Assembly: GCF_001194135.2 (NCBI RefSeq) | Contig: NC_068984.1 | Coordinates: forward strand, 132,313,248 to 132,377,247 | DNA length: 64,000 nucleotides | Source of the DNA: Octopus bimaculoides | Taxonomy: Eukaryota | Reading direction: 5' to 3' | In this document: piece by piece, positions 26,154 to 40,089 of the stretch | Layout of the letters: every line of letters starts with the position of its first letter | Position numbering within the stretch: position 1 is the first letter of the stretch | Notes under the pieces: model-generated | What the model saw: only the letters and a program-made list of their open reading frames with translations | Databases searched by the model: none | Told to the model about the DNA's origin: nothing | Program-made: the position numbers and the translations under genes

Positions 26154-27133
26154 TTTGGGCAATTATAGAGTGAATTTTTGGGCTTATAAACCTAATATTT
26201 TCCTATCCTTCCTTAATACCGGTTCCCATATTCTACTCATATTTGGACTAGGTCTGCTTAGGAGGTTATTGTGTCCTAGCATATGTGCTGCCTCTTTTAG
26301 TTTTCATATTTTTCAGTTGTATTCTCTGTCTATTATTTTAACAACAAACAGGATGAGGACATGTATCCGTCCAATGTAAATAATGTACAGAATTCCTCCT
26401 CTATAAAATATAGAACATATAAGATTTTGTTATTAAAATTTATGAGCGATAAATTGGTTATACTTTTATATCATACATAATATTTTAATAATTTTTTTGA
26501 TACAATTCCTAATAAATATTTTTTTTTTAATGATGAATAGCTCTGAGAATCCACCCAAGTGAAATAAGAATCAAAGGGAATGCATAGATAATAAATGATT
26601 GAGAATCACTGCTTTATAGTGCCAAGTTAAAATAATGTAAAGCTTTGCTGTGTATCCCTTCTTGATAAAACTAAATTACTGTACATTTTTTATGCAAGCA
26701 AAAATCCAGAGAATATTTGAGGGAGTGGACTTGAAAGTTGTGATATTTTACAAAAATCTTTTACAAAGTGGTAGAATTTGTAAGATAGTGAGAATATCTG
26801 CCCATAAATTCTGTGTTAATTGTGTATTTAAATAAAACAGTTCTACATTTCCTCATTGAATATAGTTAGCAGCATTAACAGAAAGCAGATTATCTGGGAA
26901 TTAACTGTGAGCAGCTGCCATGCTAACCAACAGGGTATATCTGTTCAGCACTATGAAACTGAAGCTAAGCACCAGCCTTTAAAAACTCTCAGAGCTTTGG
27001 TATTTTTGCATCATGCTTTAGAAATATGTCAGACATCCTTTCATTGTCTAGGTTTAACATCATCCCAGTGAAGTAATAGTGAATGTGGTCTGTTTCACTC
27101 TTTCCTAAAACGGGTGGCCTTATGTGTACTTTA

Positions 27134-27515
27134 GTGGAGGTGCAATGGCCCAGTGGTTAGGGCAGCGGACTCGCAGTCATAGGATCACGGTTTCGATTCC
27201 CAGACCAGGCGTTGTGAGTGTTTATTGAGCGAAAACACCTAAAGCTCCACGAGGCTCCGGCAGGGGATGGTGGTGAACCCTGCTGTACTCTTTCACCACA
27301 ACTTTCTCTCACTCTTTCTTCCTGTTTCTGTTGTGCCTGTAATTCAAAGGGCCAGCCTTGTCACACTGTGTCATGCTGAATATCCCCGAGAACTATGTTA
27401 AGGGTACACGTGTCTGTGGAGTGCTCAGCCACTTGCAAGTTAATTTCACGAGCAGGCTGTTCTGTTGATCGGATCAACTGGAACCCTCGACGTTGTAAAC
27501 GACGGAGTGCCAACA
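27134..27515 (+). mobile_element. Full-length tRNA-derived SINE (head A + tail 1)
   Basis: A box TGGCCCAGTGG, B-box-like GTTTCGATTCC, 13-bp TSD TATGTGTACTTTA (27121-33, 27516-28). Confidence 0.92.
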
Positions 27516-29109
27516 TATGTGTACTTTAAAAATCATTAAATTAGGTTAAGGGAGCGAGCTGGCAGGATCATTAGCTCATCAGACAAAATACTTCAATTTC
27601 TTTCTATGTTTTGAATTCAAATCCTATCAAGGTCGACTTTACCTTTCATGCTTTTGGGGCCTATAAAATAAAGTATCAGTCAAGTACTGAAGACAATGTA
27701 ATTGACTTGCCCATTCCCTTTATAATTGCTGGCATTGTGCCAAAATATGAAACCATTGTTTACCTCCGACCTCAGCATTCAGATTACTCTGTCAAATGTA
27801 ATGTTTATTTATTCACATAGTTTTGAATTACTTGTGCATTATCTCATAGCTTTGAGATTTTGATGACATAGCTGTTAATTTTAAGAATGATATTGTATGG
27901 TTAGTGAGAGATGGCAGATCTGGCCAGCTTGAACATAAAGCAGGTAGAATATTTGAGCCAGATACGGCCACTTTAAATACTAAAGAATTAAAGTAAGTTG
28001 GAATTAAAGATTCCAACTTACTTGTAAATATATCGCATACTAATACTTATTTTTTGTTGAGGCATAAAAAAAAATTGTCAAGTTAGCAGTTTCATCAATC
28101 ATATACTAGGTGATTGGCTTAATTCTACACCCACATGTGGAATCCCCATACCATTTAAGTTTTAGGGGTTCTGAACTTGTAGCTGAAATTTAGTCTATGC
28201 ATTTAGTGATAAATGTAGCAGTAAAGTAATTCATGACCTCTACATTTCAAACATATTTGTCATGTTTACATATCATTGTCTAAAATATGTACATTCTAAC
28301 ACAGCGAAAACATTACATTTTTTCTCCAAAAATGTTTTGTTGATCTATTTAGTTTTGCATTGTGCGTTTGTCTTTTATACTAAAGGTCAGTGATTTTTTA
28401 CAAGATTCTGAAAGTGGCATGTGAGCATGCGCACACGCATGCACACACACACACAAAGTGATGAAACTATGCTATAAAACAAGTATGGACAACCTTTTTT
28501 GAGAAGGGGGCCAGGTGGGGCATGGCTCATCATCAGGTGAGCTACACTTCTAAAAAGATTTGAAGTAATTTTTCATTAGGTCTGCTGTTAAGAAAGTCTC
28601 ACTGTACTTATTTTATGGGTTTAGTCAGTTAAATGGACCATGGGACTCAATTGGTATATTTGACAAACCCTGGAAGGATGAAACAGTCGACCTTGAGAAA
28701 ATTTGAATCCAGGACATAAAATTATTCAATTGAATATACAGTTTTGTTCAGTGGTTGACAGTTTCTCTATTACCTCATTAATAATAAAAAGAATGAGGAG
28801 AGAGGTGATTTTTTTTGTTCTGTTCTTTTAATAATGTATTTTTTTTTGACTGGATATGAGTGCAAGTGTATTTAAACACAAAGAACTTCTACTGAACTGA
28901 CCTCTGGTGATTTATATGGAGACTGGTTTGCTTTGTTGACCTGTCATGGTTCTTGTTGATGAAGTTGTCACTTATGTTCTCAACATTATCTTGGTATTTT
29001 GACTCTTGTTGACAATTGCAATGCAGTCCTATTAAGCACAACTGTCTAGCTGTTGACATTATTTTGATAAACAGGAAATGATGCCTTCCTGTTGTCCTTT
29101 ATGTATATC

Positions 29110-29145
<36 letters not shown>

Positions 29146-29271
29146 ATCTACACACACACACATAGCACACTCACTAAAACAAAACAACAATCTATACAAT
29201 ATAGGAATATATTATGTACAAATATTCCAACTATGTCTCTGTTTGCCTCTCTTTCTCCCCTACACATGTGT

Positions 29272-29306
<35 letters not shown>

Positions 29307-29839
29307 TATATACACATATCTATATGTAAGTGTAATTGTAAACTGGACAAACTGAGAAGAAAAACATCTATCAACTTACACACATTAAACATGATTACAT
29401 TTCTGAGAGATAAAACATTTAAAGCTATACATATGTCTATACTCTTCATCAGCCAGACTTCAAAAGAAATATCTGACTAACTCTGCTTATACACACTTGT
29501 AGCTATAAAGACATTATAGACATTATATGTAAGCAAAGTTGAGGATCCTTAAGTTTCAGTGAAATATTTAAGGCTACCTTCACTTCCCCAGAATCCCCCT
29601 ACAATTTCAAATATATAATTTAAGTCATGGAACTGGAACTATATCAGTAACTATACTTTAAATACATAGAAAATATATTTTGGGGGCAAAGGTTATGAGA
29701 ATGGCTATCGAGCCCTTTCTGTCATTGGTGGCATTTTGTGTGTCTGATAATTTATTTGAGCCCTTTCCACCATGTATATAAACAAGGTTATTCAAATATA
29801 TATATTTCTTTCAGTAGTCAGGTTAATGAAGCAGCTATA

Positions 29840-30061
29840 CAGGGGTGGGCAAAAGCAGGTATGGAATTGCTTAATATGAGTGGAATGTTTTCGTTTCTCC
29901 ATTTCTAAGCGATTCATAAGTCAACTAAGGATTCTGCAGGAGATGCCTAAGTTCATTAGAGGTTCACTTTTTTGATTTCTGGTCACTTTGAGTGAATACT
30001 TGAGCCACAAGCATTTCATTTTCTTTAGTGTTGACTATAAACCTACTTTTGCCCAGCCCTG
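29840..30061. mobile_element. Tc1/mariner-type MITE
   Basis: 21-bp TIRs CAGGGGTGGGCAAAAGCAGGT and ACCTACTTTTGCCCAGCCCTG (19/21), with TA on both flanks. Confidence 0.8.
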
Positions 30062-30390
30062 TATATGTGTGTGTTACATGTTTAGCTTCCAATTCCTACA
30101 TGAAAAACTACATGTGTTTCATAATATGTTGGATTTGTTTGATTTTCAATTCATTTTAGTTTTTATAGAAATACTAACGCTCTTGTCCTGAATAGTTCTG
30201 TTGAACCTTTTTTTTTCTTTTTTTTTTTCTTTTGCAGACTTTCCACAGAAATGCATCTTTATTTCGTTTCTGTCATATTAAATTCTTTATTAATTTCTCT
30301 GCTTGCTCTCCTCTTCCCTACTACATTCCATTATCTATCTGCATAACAATCTGTCCACTTAACTACCTACATATCTTGTATGTATGTGTG

Positions 30391-30441
<51 letters not shown>

Positions 30442-32094
30442 CCCACACAGTCACACGTAGGCAGTATGCTGTAAACATTGATATCAAGTAACACATAGCC
30501 AATGATAAATTACTGAGTAACCTACCTAGTTTACATTTTTTTCCAAATAACTCTACTCACCTGGTTTAATGCTGTAAAATGATTGGATAAAATTATTTCC
30601 TTCCTGTATAAGTTCTTCCTGTCAGTAACCTAAAACAATTTCTTTCTCTCTCTCTCACTCTCTCATATATATATAAAAAATGAAATAGAGGTACTTCAGT
30701 GGAATGCCACACAGCTGTAAAAATACTCTTCCATTCCAACAATAAGCATGCAATGAAGTTTCCAAAAATCATCATCCCCTTGATAGTAGAGCAATTGATT
30801 ATATGTGAACCTAGGCTTCATAGGTCATTATCAACTTGTCACCTATGAGCCACACTCTTTCTCTCTCTTTTAAATGGCTACTTTAGTTTCCATATTCAGC
30901 CTTAATTCTATGCTGGCTATGAATCTATCTTCAGTGCACTCTTAAGTAAATGAGAGTAACAAGCACCACACAAGTTTTCTTTGCCTACTTTGTTATGTAC
31001 CACCACCATTCGTTGGAGGTCCATTGGAGTTCATTTAATTTTTTTATGAACAAAATGGCTGCAAGTTTGTCTGTTTGGTTAAGAAGCTTGCTTAACAACC
31101 TTGTGGTTTTGGGTTTGGTCCCTCTGTGCAGCAATTTGGGTAGGTGGCTTCTACTATAGCCTAAGGCCAACCAAAGCCTTGTGAGTGGATTTGGTAGACT
31201 GAAACAGAGAGAAGTCCATTGTGTGTGTGTGTGTGTGTGTGTGTACACATGCATGTAGGTATGTGTTTGTGTGTACTCTTGTCTCAATGCCATGTGATGG
31301 ATGTAAATGAGCACCATTGTCATTCATGTAATGTTGCACATTTCTGGTCTTCCGTGGAAAATGTGTAACCATGGGGAAAATATTACCTTGCTTGGAAACA
31401 GCTGAGGGTTGGTAACAGTGCATCCAATCTTAGAAAATCTGCCTCAGCAAATTCAGCCTGACCCATGCATGGAAGAATGAACATAAAATGATGAAGATGA
31501 TGAAGATGAAAGTTGATTACTTCAACATGGTCCCATACAGGTACCCTACACTCCACCCTACAAAACCAGAAAACTTTGAGGGGAAATGTATGGCATGCTT
31601 TCAGAGGAGATTACAGCATAAAATATCAAGAAAATATTTCATTGGTTACTCTTTCGTACATAGATGGCATTGAGGGGGACAGAATATGTCTGTTGAACAT
31701 GCTCTAAAAAACCCAGTCCACTGGTATCATTTAATTTTCTGCAGACACTGGCTTATTTTGTGTATTGGTGTATGTGTGTGTAAGTGGGGGGAGGGGGTTA
31801 GTAACTTGAGGTTTAATGTAATGAGCAGGATTACAAAAGATTATAAAAAGCTTAAATCTAATAACCAGTTTAAATCATTGAGCTTCCAGTGACTATTGCC
31901 CCTTTCATTCAAAAAAGATATCATTTGGAGAAAAGCTTCAAAACTGATTCTGACACCTTTCCTTTACTTAATCCAATGGACTCTTCTAAATGGTAAATTA
32001 GCCAGTTAAGCTTCAGTTCTTATGCTCTCAAGCACAGAGGGCAGCAAGTTGTTGCCACTGGTTTCTGTTGGTTATGATTTTCTGGTTTTCTTTG

Positions 32095-32360
32095 TATCTG
32101 GCTATATCATATTGGCTCCCCTCATGTCAATTATGAATGTTTTGCACCATGTAATTTTTGGTCTTCCTCTCTTCCTTTTTCCTTTTGGTGATGTCTTTCT
32201 GGAAGGTGTTTTAGAATTGGTCTGGTAGCCAGAATATGTGACCTGTCAGTTTTAATCTTTGTTCTGTCATGATTTCACTAAGTGGCCTTATGTTAGCTCT
32301 CTTTAGAATGTCTTTATTGGTTATGTGGTCTTGCTAGTACATTCTCAAAATCCTTCTTTG
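32095..32360 (-). mobile_element. Highly degraded RTE-like LINE C-terminal fragment
   Basis: Minus strand shows frameshifted remnants of the RILKIxWQDxITN...GHILR...GKRKRGRPK pattern (e.g. ctgacaggtcacatattctggc and aaaaggaaaaggaagagaggaagaccaaaaattacatgg). Confidence 0.5.
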
Positions 32361-33589
32361 GTAGAAATTGTCATGGCTAAAATTAATGCTTTTTTCAGAA
32401 ATGTCTAAATAGGCAACGTTGTAAAGGTTTGACCCTAATTAAATTCACAATTTTTAATAACAGATCAATCACTTCTGGCATTTTTGATGATTTCCACTCA
32501 TTTTTTTTTTTGGTAGATAAGAGAATGATATGGATTAAATTTTGGAAATTTGGTACCACTACATAGTGCTACAAATCTTTTGTCGCAGGCTATAATACTT
32601 GGCATACTGTTTCTAGTGATTGATGGTAAACTGAAAATTTGTCATTTTGTTTTTTAATGATTCATAAATATCTTTTCTGTGAGTTTTGGCTCATTATGAC
32701 AATAGTTTAACAAATCTTTTTCTTACAGTGCAATCTTCAAACATTAGAATAATACAAATGCACATTTTTATGTTTTGTTGATAAAATCTGTTGATTCATG
32801 CACTTGCAATGAAAATTATTTCCACATTGCAACACCATGTAATTCTTCAGTTATGCCATGAGGCATTGTTTCAATTCCCCTAGTTACAGTTTTCTTTGAT
32901 AACTGCTACCCATTGCAGCTTTTACAGCTGCATTGTTTTTAAAATTCACAAATAGCAAATCACTAGATTCCAAAAAAGCGTCCTTTATCATTTCACCATC
33001 TTTGAATTTTTCTTTTTTTTTTTCTTTCTTTTTCTTTTTTGTTTTTGCTTTTCTTTTTGTTTTACACAATTTTAATGCCTTATTTGAAATTATGTGAGAA
33101 GAGTAGTCAAAGATTTAGAAATTGATGTTTTGAAAAATGATTGTTGCTTCTCCAAATTTGAAATTCCTTTGATTATTTTGTTTTTATATTTCATTTTTGA
33201 ATTTGGAAGAAACAGTTGTGAATATTTTTATGAACAATACTAAAATGTCTTTCTCCTGTTAGTTTTTTTTTTTTTTTTGTGGTGACTGTGGTGGTGGGGG
33301 TGAGAGTCATCTGCTATAAGAAACAGAATCGCAAGTTTCAGATGCATTCAACTTTTTATTTAGTCTAATTAAGTCTGTATTCACATTAAAGAGTTACAGT
33401 GATGTTTGCTTGGTCAGAAGTTTGCTCCCCCAGCCATATAGTTTTGGATTCAATCTTACTGCATGACACCTTTGGCTAGTGTCTTCTAGTATAGCCATGG
33501 GCTGACCAAAGTCTTGTGAGTGGATTTGGAAGATGGAAACTGAAAGAAACATGTTGTGTGTGTGTGTGTATAATATATATATGTATATG

Positions 33590-33638
<49 letters not shown>

Positions 33639-34321
33639 CATTTCCAATCTTCCAAGTAAACACATCTGGTCATGAAAATATTATCTCACTTGAAAATAGG
33701 CAAGGGGAAGAATATCTTGCTGGAGAAAAATTTGCTTCAGCAAATTCTGTCCAACCCATGCAAGCATGGAAAAGTGACCATTAAAACTGTAATGATTAAA
33801 TCTGAAGTATTACCATATGGCTGATTTGTCATTCAATGACAAGATGAAGCAATGGCCACCACAGAACAATCTTCATATTCTTGGTAAATGAGAGTGGTTC
33901 AACATTTTCCTCTGAATTTGCTACCATTTCATATTTCTAAATTCAGTTTTTGGGTTTGAGATTTTCACAGTTGAATTGGATTTTCTCTGTTGTTTATTGT
34001 TGAGAAAATTCCAGAAAAGCAAAAGCATCAATTCAGTTTGTGAAGGGAGTGTTTCACAATTGACAATGGCATGTTATGAACAGTTATGTTTAGAACAAGT
34101 CATTCTTAAAGAAAAACTACAAAACATTTAGTCACATTATGAGGAAAAATTGTTCTTGTTACCATTCGTCATGATAGTATCTGGTTTTCCAGTCTCTCTC
34201 TCTCTTTTTTTTTTTATTTATTTATAGTATGTTTTGAAAAAAATTTAAAATAGTGATTGTGGTTGATACAGGAATTATGTTTGTGATATAGATTTTGAGT
34301 ATCTAATGGTAAATCATTTAA

Positions 34322-34535
34322 CCCTTTACCATTTAAACCAGTCTTATCACACCCATATATTGTTTTTCTTATGTTCAAACTGGTAAGATCCACTACCTCA
34401 CACCTTATAATGTCATTCAAAAAATAAACAATCATATCATCAAAATCTCAAAGCTACGAGATAATGCATGATTAATTTAAAACAAGGTGAATAAATGAGC
34501 ATTACATTTGACTGAGTAATCTGAATGCTAAAGGG
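34322..34535 (-). mobile_element. TTAA-specific MITE, family E (reverse orientation)
   Basis: TTAA 34318-21 and 34536-39 flank CCCTTTACCATTT...GAATGCTAAAGGG. Confidence 0.8.
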
Positions 34536-35694
34536 TTAATTGTGTTTTCCTATAAGATATAAATGTTAATACATACAATATTGAAAGATTGGCATGGTTG
34601 AAAAGTATCCTAAGGCATCATTATCTTGATTCTTATATTAATTAGCTGGCTCTTTTCAAGCAAATTTTAATTGTTCTTTATTTGAAATATTTCCAAAAAT
34701 TCATAGATACAATCAAGTTTTCTATTAAACTTTCTGTGAAATAAATAAATATATAAAAAACTATTTAAAAAAAAAATCAGTTTTTCGTTTTTTTTCTTTT
34801 GCCTCCATTACTAGACTGAAACTAAATATTTAATTATCTGGTGTTATAAATTACTTTCTACTTCATTATACCATTGTTTTGGGAAACTCTACTTTAATAA
34901 TGACTCTCACGGCTGCCTTCTGAATACTTTATGAAAACAAACGTAACAGTTGTTAACAATGTCAGGCATGGCTGTGTGGTTAAGAAGCTTGTTTTGCAAC
35001 TATGTAGTTTTCAGGTTCAGTCCCACTGTGCAGCACCTAAGACAAGTGTCTTCTACTATAGCCCTAGACTAATCAATGCCTTGTGAATGAATTTGGTAGA
35101 CAGAAACTGCATGGAATCTGTTGAGTATGTGTACATGTATGTATACATATTGTATGTCGGTGGATACTTGTGCATATATTACATATACATAAATACATAT
35201 ATGTTGTGTTGTGAGCCCTTAACTCATTGATGAAGTTGTGGGGAATGTCATGACATAGAGTGCATCTTGAACATTTTAACCGTTAGTGGGGGCCCACCCA
35301 TCTCCAGGTCTAACTGGAATCACTTTCTTCCAAAAGAGAGAGAGAGAGAGAGACGGGCTGAAGGAACGAAGAAAAAGAGAATAGGTAATCCCATGCAGGA
35401 CGGGCACTTTATTTGTCAAGCCCAAAAGGATGAAGTGCAAAGTTGGCCTTGGCAGGATTTGAATTCTCAGCACAAAGAGCCAGAACAACTAATGCAAGTA
35501 ATCTTTCTAATACTCCGACGACTCTACCAATCACTCATCTAAACACATTGTGTGTGCGCGCGCACATACATATGGATCTGGGTATATGTGTAGGTGTACA
35601 TATGTATGCATGACTGTGTTTGTGAGCATATATACATACATACATATATATCATCATCATCGTTTAACGTCCGCCTTCCATGCTAGCATGGGTT

Positions 35695-35736
<42 letters not shown>

Positions 35737-36405
35737 CACACACACACACACACATATATTCACACAAAGTTACAAATTATATAACTGTGCATATAATCTT
35801 TATTATGTTTGTTTGAATTCCAGAAAATCTGTCATCCATGTTTAATATTCTCATTGTTGATATTTTTGTTGGTTGTTTGCTGTTATTGTCCAGATGAAAG
35901 GTGACTGTTTATGGTACATGTAATATGTGTCAACACTGTCACACCCTTTTAATACATTCATCCCATCCTAATCTCATTTTGTGCATATGTGTGTGTTTGT
36001 TTGGAGCGTAGGTGTGGCTGTGTGGCAAAAAGTTTGCTTCCAGATCACTTGGTTTTGGGTTCTGTCACACTGTGACACCTTTACCAAGTATATTCTACGA
36101 CAGCGATGGTCCAACAAATGCCTTTTAAGTGGATTTGGTAGACGGAAACTAAAAGCCTGTCTTCACCATTTAATAACTACTTTCCATGCTGGCATGGGTA
36201 GGATGGTTTGACATGGAACTGGTGAGCTTCGGGGCTGTGTCAAGCTCCAATGTCTTCTTCGGCATGGTTTCTACAGCTTTATACCTTTAATAATGCCAAC
36301 CACTTTACAGAGTGTATTAGGCGCTTTTTTCATGTCATGGCACTAAAGAGGTTACCATGTAGCTTGTCAGACAAAAAACAACATAAGGGAGGACAAAACC
36401 CCCAC

Positions 36406-36496
<91 letters not shown>

Positions 36497-37013
36497 TGAG
36501 ATATTATAATAGTAAATTAATATATTATGATACACATTAAATACATTATAATATAGGTAGTTATAGCAGTTAAAACCAGAAAGGCATAAAATTAATAAAT
36601 GAGGGTGCAAAATAACACCTGCAATTGCTAGAAATAAGAGCTAAGAATATAACTCAGAAAGCCACATAAAATCACCAACCTCATGGGGTGGCGAGCGGTA
36701 GGCCATAACATGAGATAAATTCAGTGAGATAAATTCACAGAATGAAGTAGTTTGATACATACATATATGCATACATACACACTGTGTATGTGTATATGTG
36801 TGTTTGTTACTGTCCCTTTGTTTTGACATGACCTGATAGTCGTAAACAAATGTCACCACCATGCAAGCAGTGTCCTTTTTCCAATCTTCCTTGTCTGGTC
36901 TTAGGGAATATATTACTTTATACTTGGAAACAGGTAAGGATTGGCAACAAGAAGGGCATCCATTCAAACCATATGAGCATTAAAAAAGTAGACTTCAGTT
37001 TATAAGACAATTT

Positions 37014-37380
37014 GTTGGCACTCTCCGTCGCTTACGACGTTGAGGGTTCCAGTCGATCCGATCAACGGAACAGCCTGCTCATGAAATTAACGTGCAAGTG
37101 ACTGAGCACTCCACAGACACGTGTACCCTTAACATAGTTCTCGAGGATATTCAGCATGACACAGTGTGACAAAGCTGACCCTTTGAATTACAGGCACAAC
37201 AGAAACAGGAAGTAAGAATGACAGAAAGTTGTGGTGAAAGAGTACAGCAGGGTTTGCCACCATCTCCTGCCAGAGCTTCGTGGAGCTTTAGGTGTTTTCG
37301 CTCAATAAACACTCACAACGCCCGGTCTGGGAATCAAAACCGTGAGTCCGCTGCCCTAACCACTGGGCCATTGCGCCTCC
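37014..37380 (-). mobile_element. tRNA-derived SINE (head A + tail 1)
   Basis: Reverse complement of the 27134 copy; 11-bp TSD TAAGACAATTT (37003-13, 37381-91). Confidence 0.9.
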
Positions 37381-39044
37381 TAAGACAATTTAATGCTGCA
37401 TAAATCTCTCTCTCTCTCTCTCTCTACTTTTTTTTCTTGCTTTTTCATTCACCTACTTCCTTCATTTGCCTCTCTATACATTGTCAAGTCTATCACATTG
37501 TTCAATTATGATTATTTATCAATCATACTTAAACTGGTTATGATTGTTTTAACTTACACCTTTGACAAACAGTTCTATACAATTCTCAGTAGCATCAGCC
37601 TGACATTTTAATATTGTTAGGCTGAAAGTTCTGCCATTTATGGTGCTTATGATAGTGGTTGTATAAGTTCTAATCACCTCCACAGAGGCAGATTTATGGT
37701 ATTGAGATAATCAATCAAACATTTATAGGCCAACATGTCAGCACACTTGATAGGTTATGTTTCAGTGTAGTCTAAAACTACAAATTTTATGCTAACACAG
37801 TCAATGTAATGATCTATCCATGTTTCAGTGAGTTTGCAGTATAGATTGTTTTTGTATGTATGTGAAGTGGTTGGAGAAGAGATGGTTGATGTGGTTGTGT
37901 AGGCCCAATCAGTTCCGCTTGAACTTGTTTATTTAGGGAGCAGTTTTTCAAGAGATTTGGCTGCCATTGCTAGTAGTGTCTCTATTAGTTCCAGATGAGC
38001 AAGATAATTCAGGTTTAGTGACAAGAATAAGTAATGTAAGTTCTCTGGACATTACTGTCTTTAATCCTAGGACTCGTGTATAAGTGACAAGAGAGTACAA
38101 CATTTTTCTCGAAGGGGATACCAGTCTGTCACAAGGTTATCCGTTTACAGCCGAGTGAACTGAAGCAATGGGAAATGAAGTATTTTTCTCTCAACAACAC
38201 TATGCACTACCCAGTCCAGGAACTGAAATCTTGATCTGGTGATCATGAGTGCAACACCCTAACTACTGGGCCATTTGTCCTCCAATAGCTCAAATTTACT
38301 ATAAGTTTTTTCTTTAAAGAAAGTGGTTGGCAATGCAACATAATTTTATTCTAAATTTGGGTGTTTATCACTGGTTTTATGAACATCAGTATTTTTTTGT
38401 TTGATTTGGTCTGGTGGATGTTATGATGGCACAAGTGCTTGGTCCTGTTATTGAGAGATTTAGTTTGTCATTTCATTGCAAATTAGCACCATGCTATCCT
38501 TTCAGAAACCTTCATTCAATGCTGCTTTAAATCTGATCCTAAGCACAGATTGGCAGAGTTACTGTGTGGCAGCAACAGAAGACATTGCTGTATGTTACTA
38601 GTATAGTTCACTGATCTAACAGTTTGTAATCTCTATTGGTGGAATGTGAACTGTTTTCAATCTAAAACACTGACAAATGATATTGGATAACAGTTGTTCA
38701 GGACACGCATTCAACTTAGGGATATACTGGCTAATTCTGTAAGATGGAAATTTATATAAAGTACATATAAACAATTTTGACCCCTGCTTTCAACAACACA
38801 CATGAGATCTCTAAATGTCAGATGGAAAAGTGGGACAGAAGTTAACTTACAAGCATTGACTGTACAACTTTTAGGTAAATAAATTTAGATCCCTTGACAC
38901 GATTATATGCTTACTCAGTATGACCACATGGGATTGCCCCAACTAGAATATTGATATCATCTACTACATATCTACAGTATAACAGTTACAGAGTGTTCAT
39001 CTAAGGATTGCCTACCTTTTTTGTCCCAGCGGATAGAAAGTATA

Positions 39045-39285
39045 CTCTTTTACTCTTTCATTTGTTTCAGTCATTTATTTGACCGTGGCCATGATGGAGC
39101 ACTACTTTTAGCCAAACTAATCGACCCCAGAACTTACAAACTTATTCTTTATAAGTTTTATAAGCTTCTATCGGTCTCTTTTGCCAAACTGCTAAGATAC
39201 GGGGATGTAAACACACCAACGTCGGTTGTCAAGCGATGGTGAGGGGACAAACACAGAAACACAAATATATATATATGCACACACA

Positions 39286-39319
<34 letters not shown>

Positions 39320-39475
39320 TACGATAAGCTTCTTTCAGTTTCCATGTACCAAATCCACTCACAAGGTTTTGGTCAGCCCGAGGCTATACTAGAAAACACT
39401 TGTCCAATTTGCCACGCAGTGGGACTGAACCCAGAACCATGTGGTTGGAAAGCAAGCTTCTTACCACACAGCTGC
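39045..39475 (-). mobile_element. SINE family C copy
   Basis: Reverse complement of the 62934 copy, with a central (CA)n. Confidence 0.85.
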
Positions 39476-40089
39476 TATATAATAAACTATTTATATAGAA
39501 TGTAAAGTATATGTGTGTGTGTATGAGATGTATTTGTGTATATATAACAAAGTTTGTGTGTGTGTGTGTGTGTAATGCATATATGTTTGTTCATTGTTAG
39601 TGTGGAATGATAGTTAACAGGTCAATGTGCTATGTGCATGAGATAAGAGGAGATAGGAATACAACAGTAACTTTAAGTATGAAGAAAAGAACTTGAAGGC
39701 ATTCTTTAGATTCCTGCTAAGGTAACCTCAGGTCTCACCTTCTGTTGATCAGTGGAAAACCCCCACCTCTTTCTTTTAGTCTCACTCTCTTATTGGAATC
39801 TGAGCAACACAGCTTCATAGCTGTCTGAATAACAGCAATTGGTAGGATTCAGATTGTAGGACAGCTGTTTAGCTTGTGAAAAAGGTTACAGCTGTTGAGT
39901 ATTGCTTTGGTAAATGATTTGAATTAAAGAGTCTGGTTTTGTAAGAGGAAGGAATAGGAATAGAAAGAACTCCAAGTGAGCTAATAGTTTACGTTTACCC
40001 TAATGTGATGAAATCACAATTTCCTTTTTGGACCCTTTTTTTCTTGAATTCACCTTTTCTTACCTCAACCATATATTTCAAGATATGTA

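Larger units (their letters stand above)
25924..26414 (-). mobile_element. Penelope-like retroelement 3' fragment with tRNA-like cassette, hammerhead motif and inverted partial terminal repeat
   Basis: Minus-strand 26339-26184 translates KIIDREYN*KI*KLKEAAHMLGHNNLLSRPSPNMSRIWEPVLRKDRKILGL*, resembling the PLE endonuclease C-terminus (IxDRExNWxxRKxKEA). The ~45-bp tail 25933-25975 is repeated inverted at 26339-26384. A 9-bp direct repeat ACATATAAG flanks the insert (25915-23, 26415-23). Confidence 0.75.
25875..26611. mobile_element. hAT (Charlie/MER5-like) MITE interrupted by the Penelope-like insertion
   Basis: Termini CAGTGGTTTTCAACC and GATTGAGAATCACTG (12/15 inverted match). Flanking 8-mers TTTTATGG and CTTTATAG (6/8). 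Confidence 0.6.
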
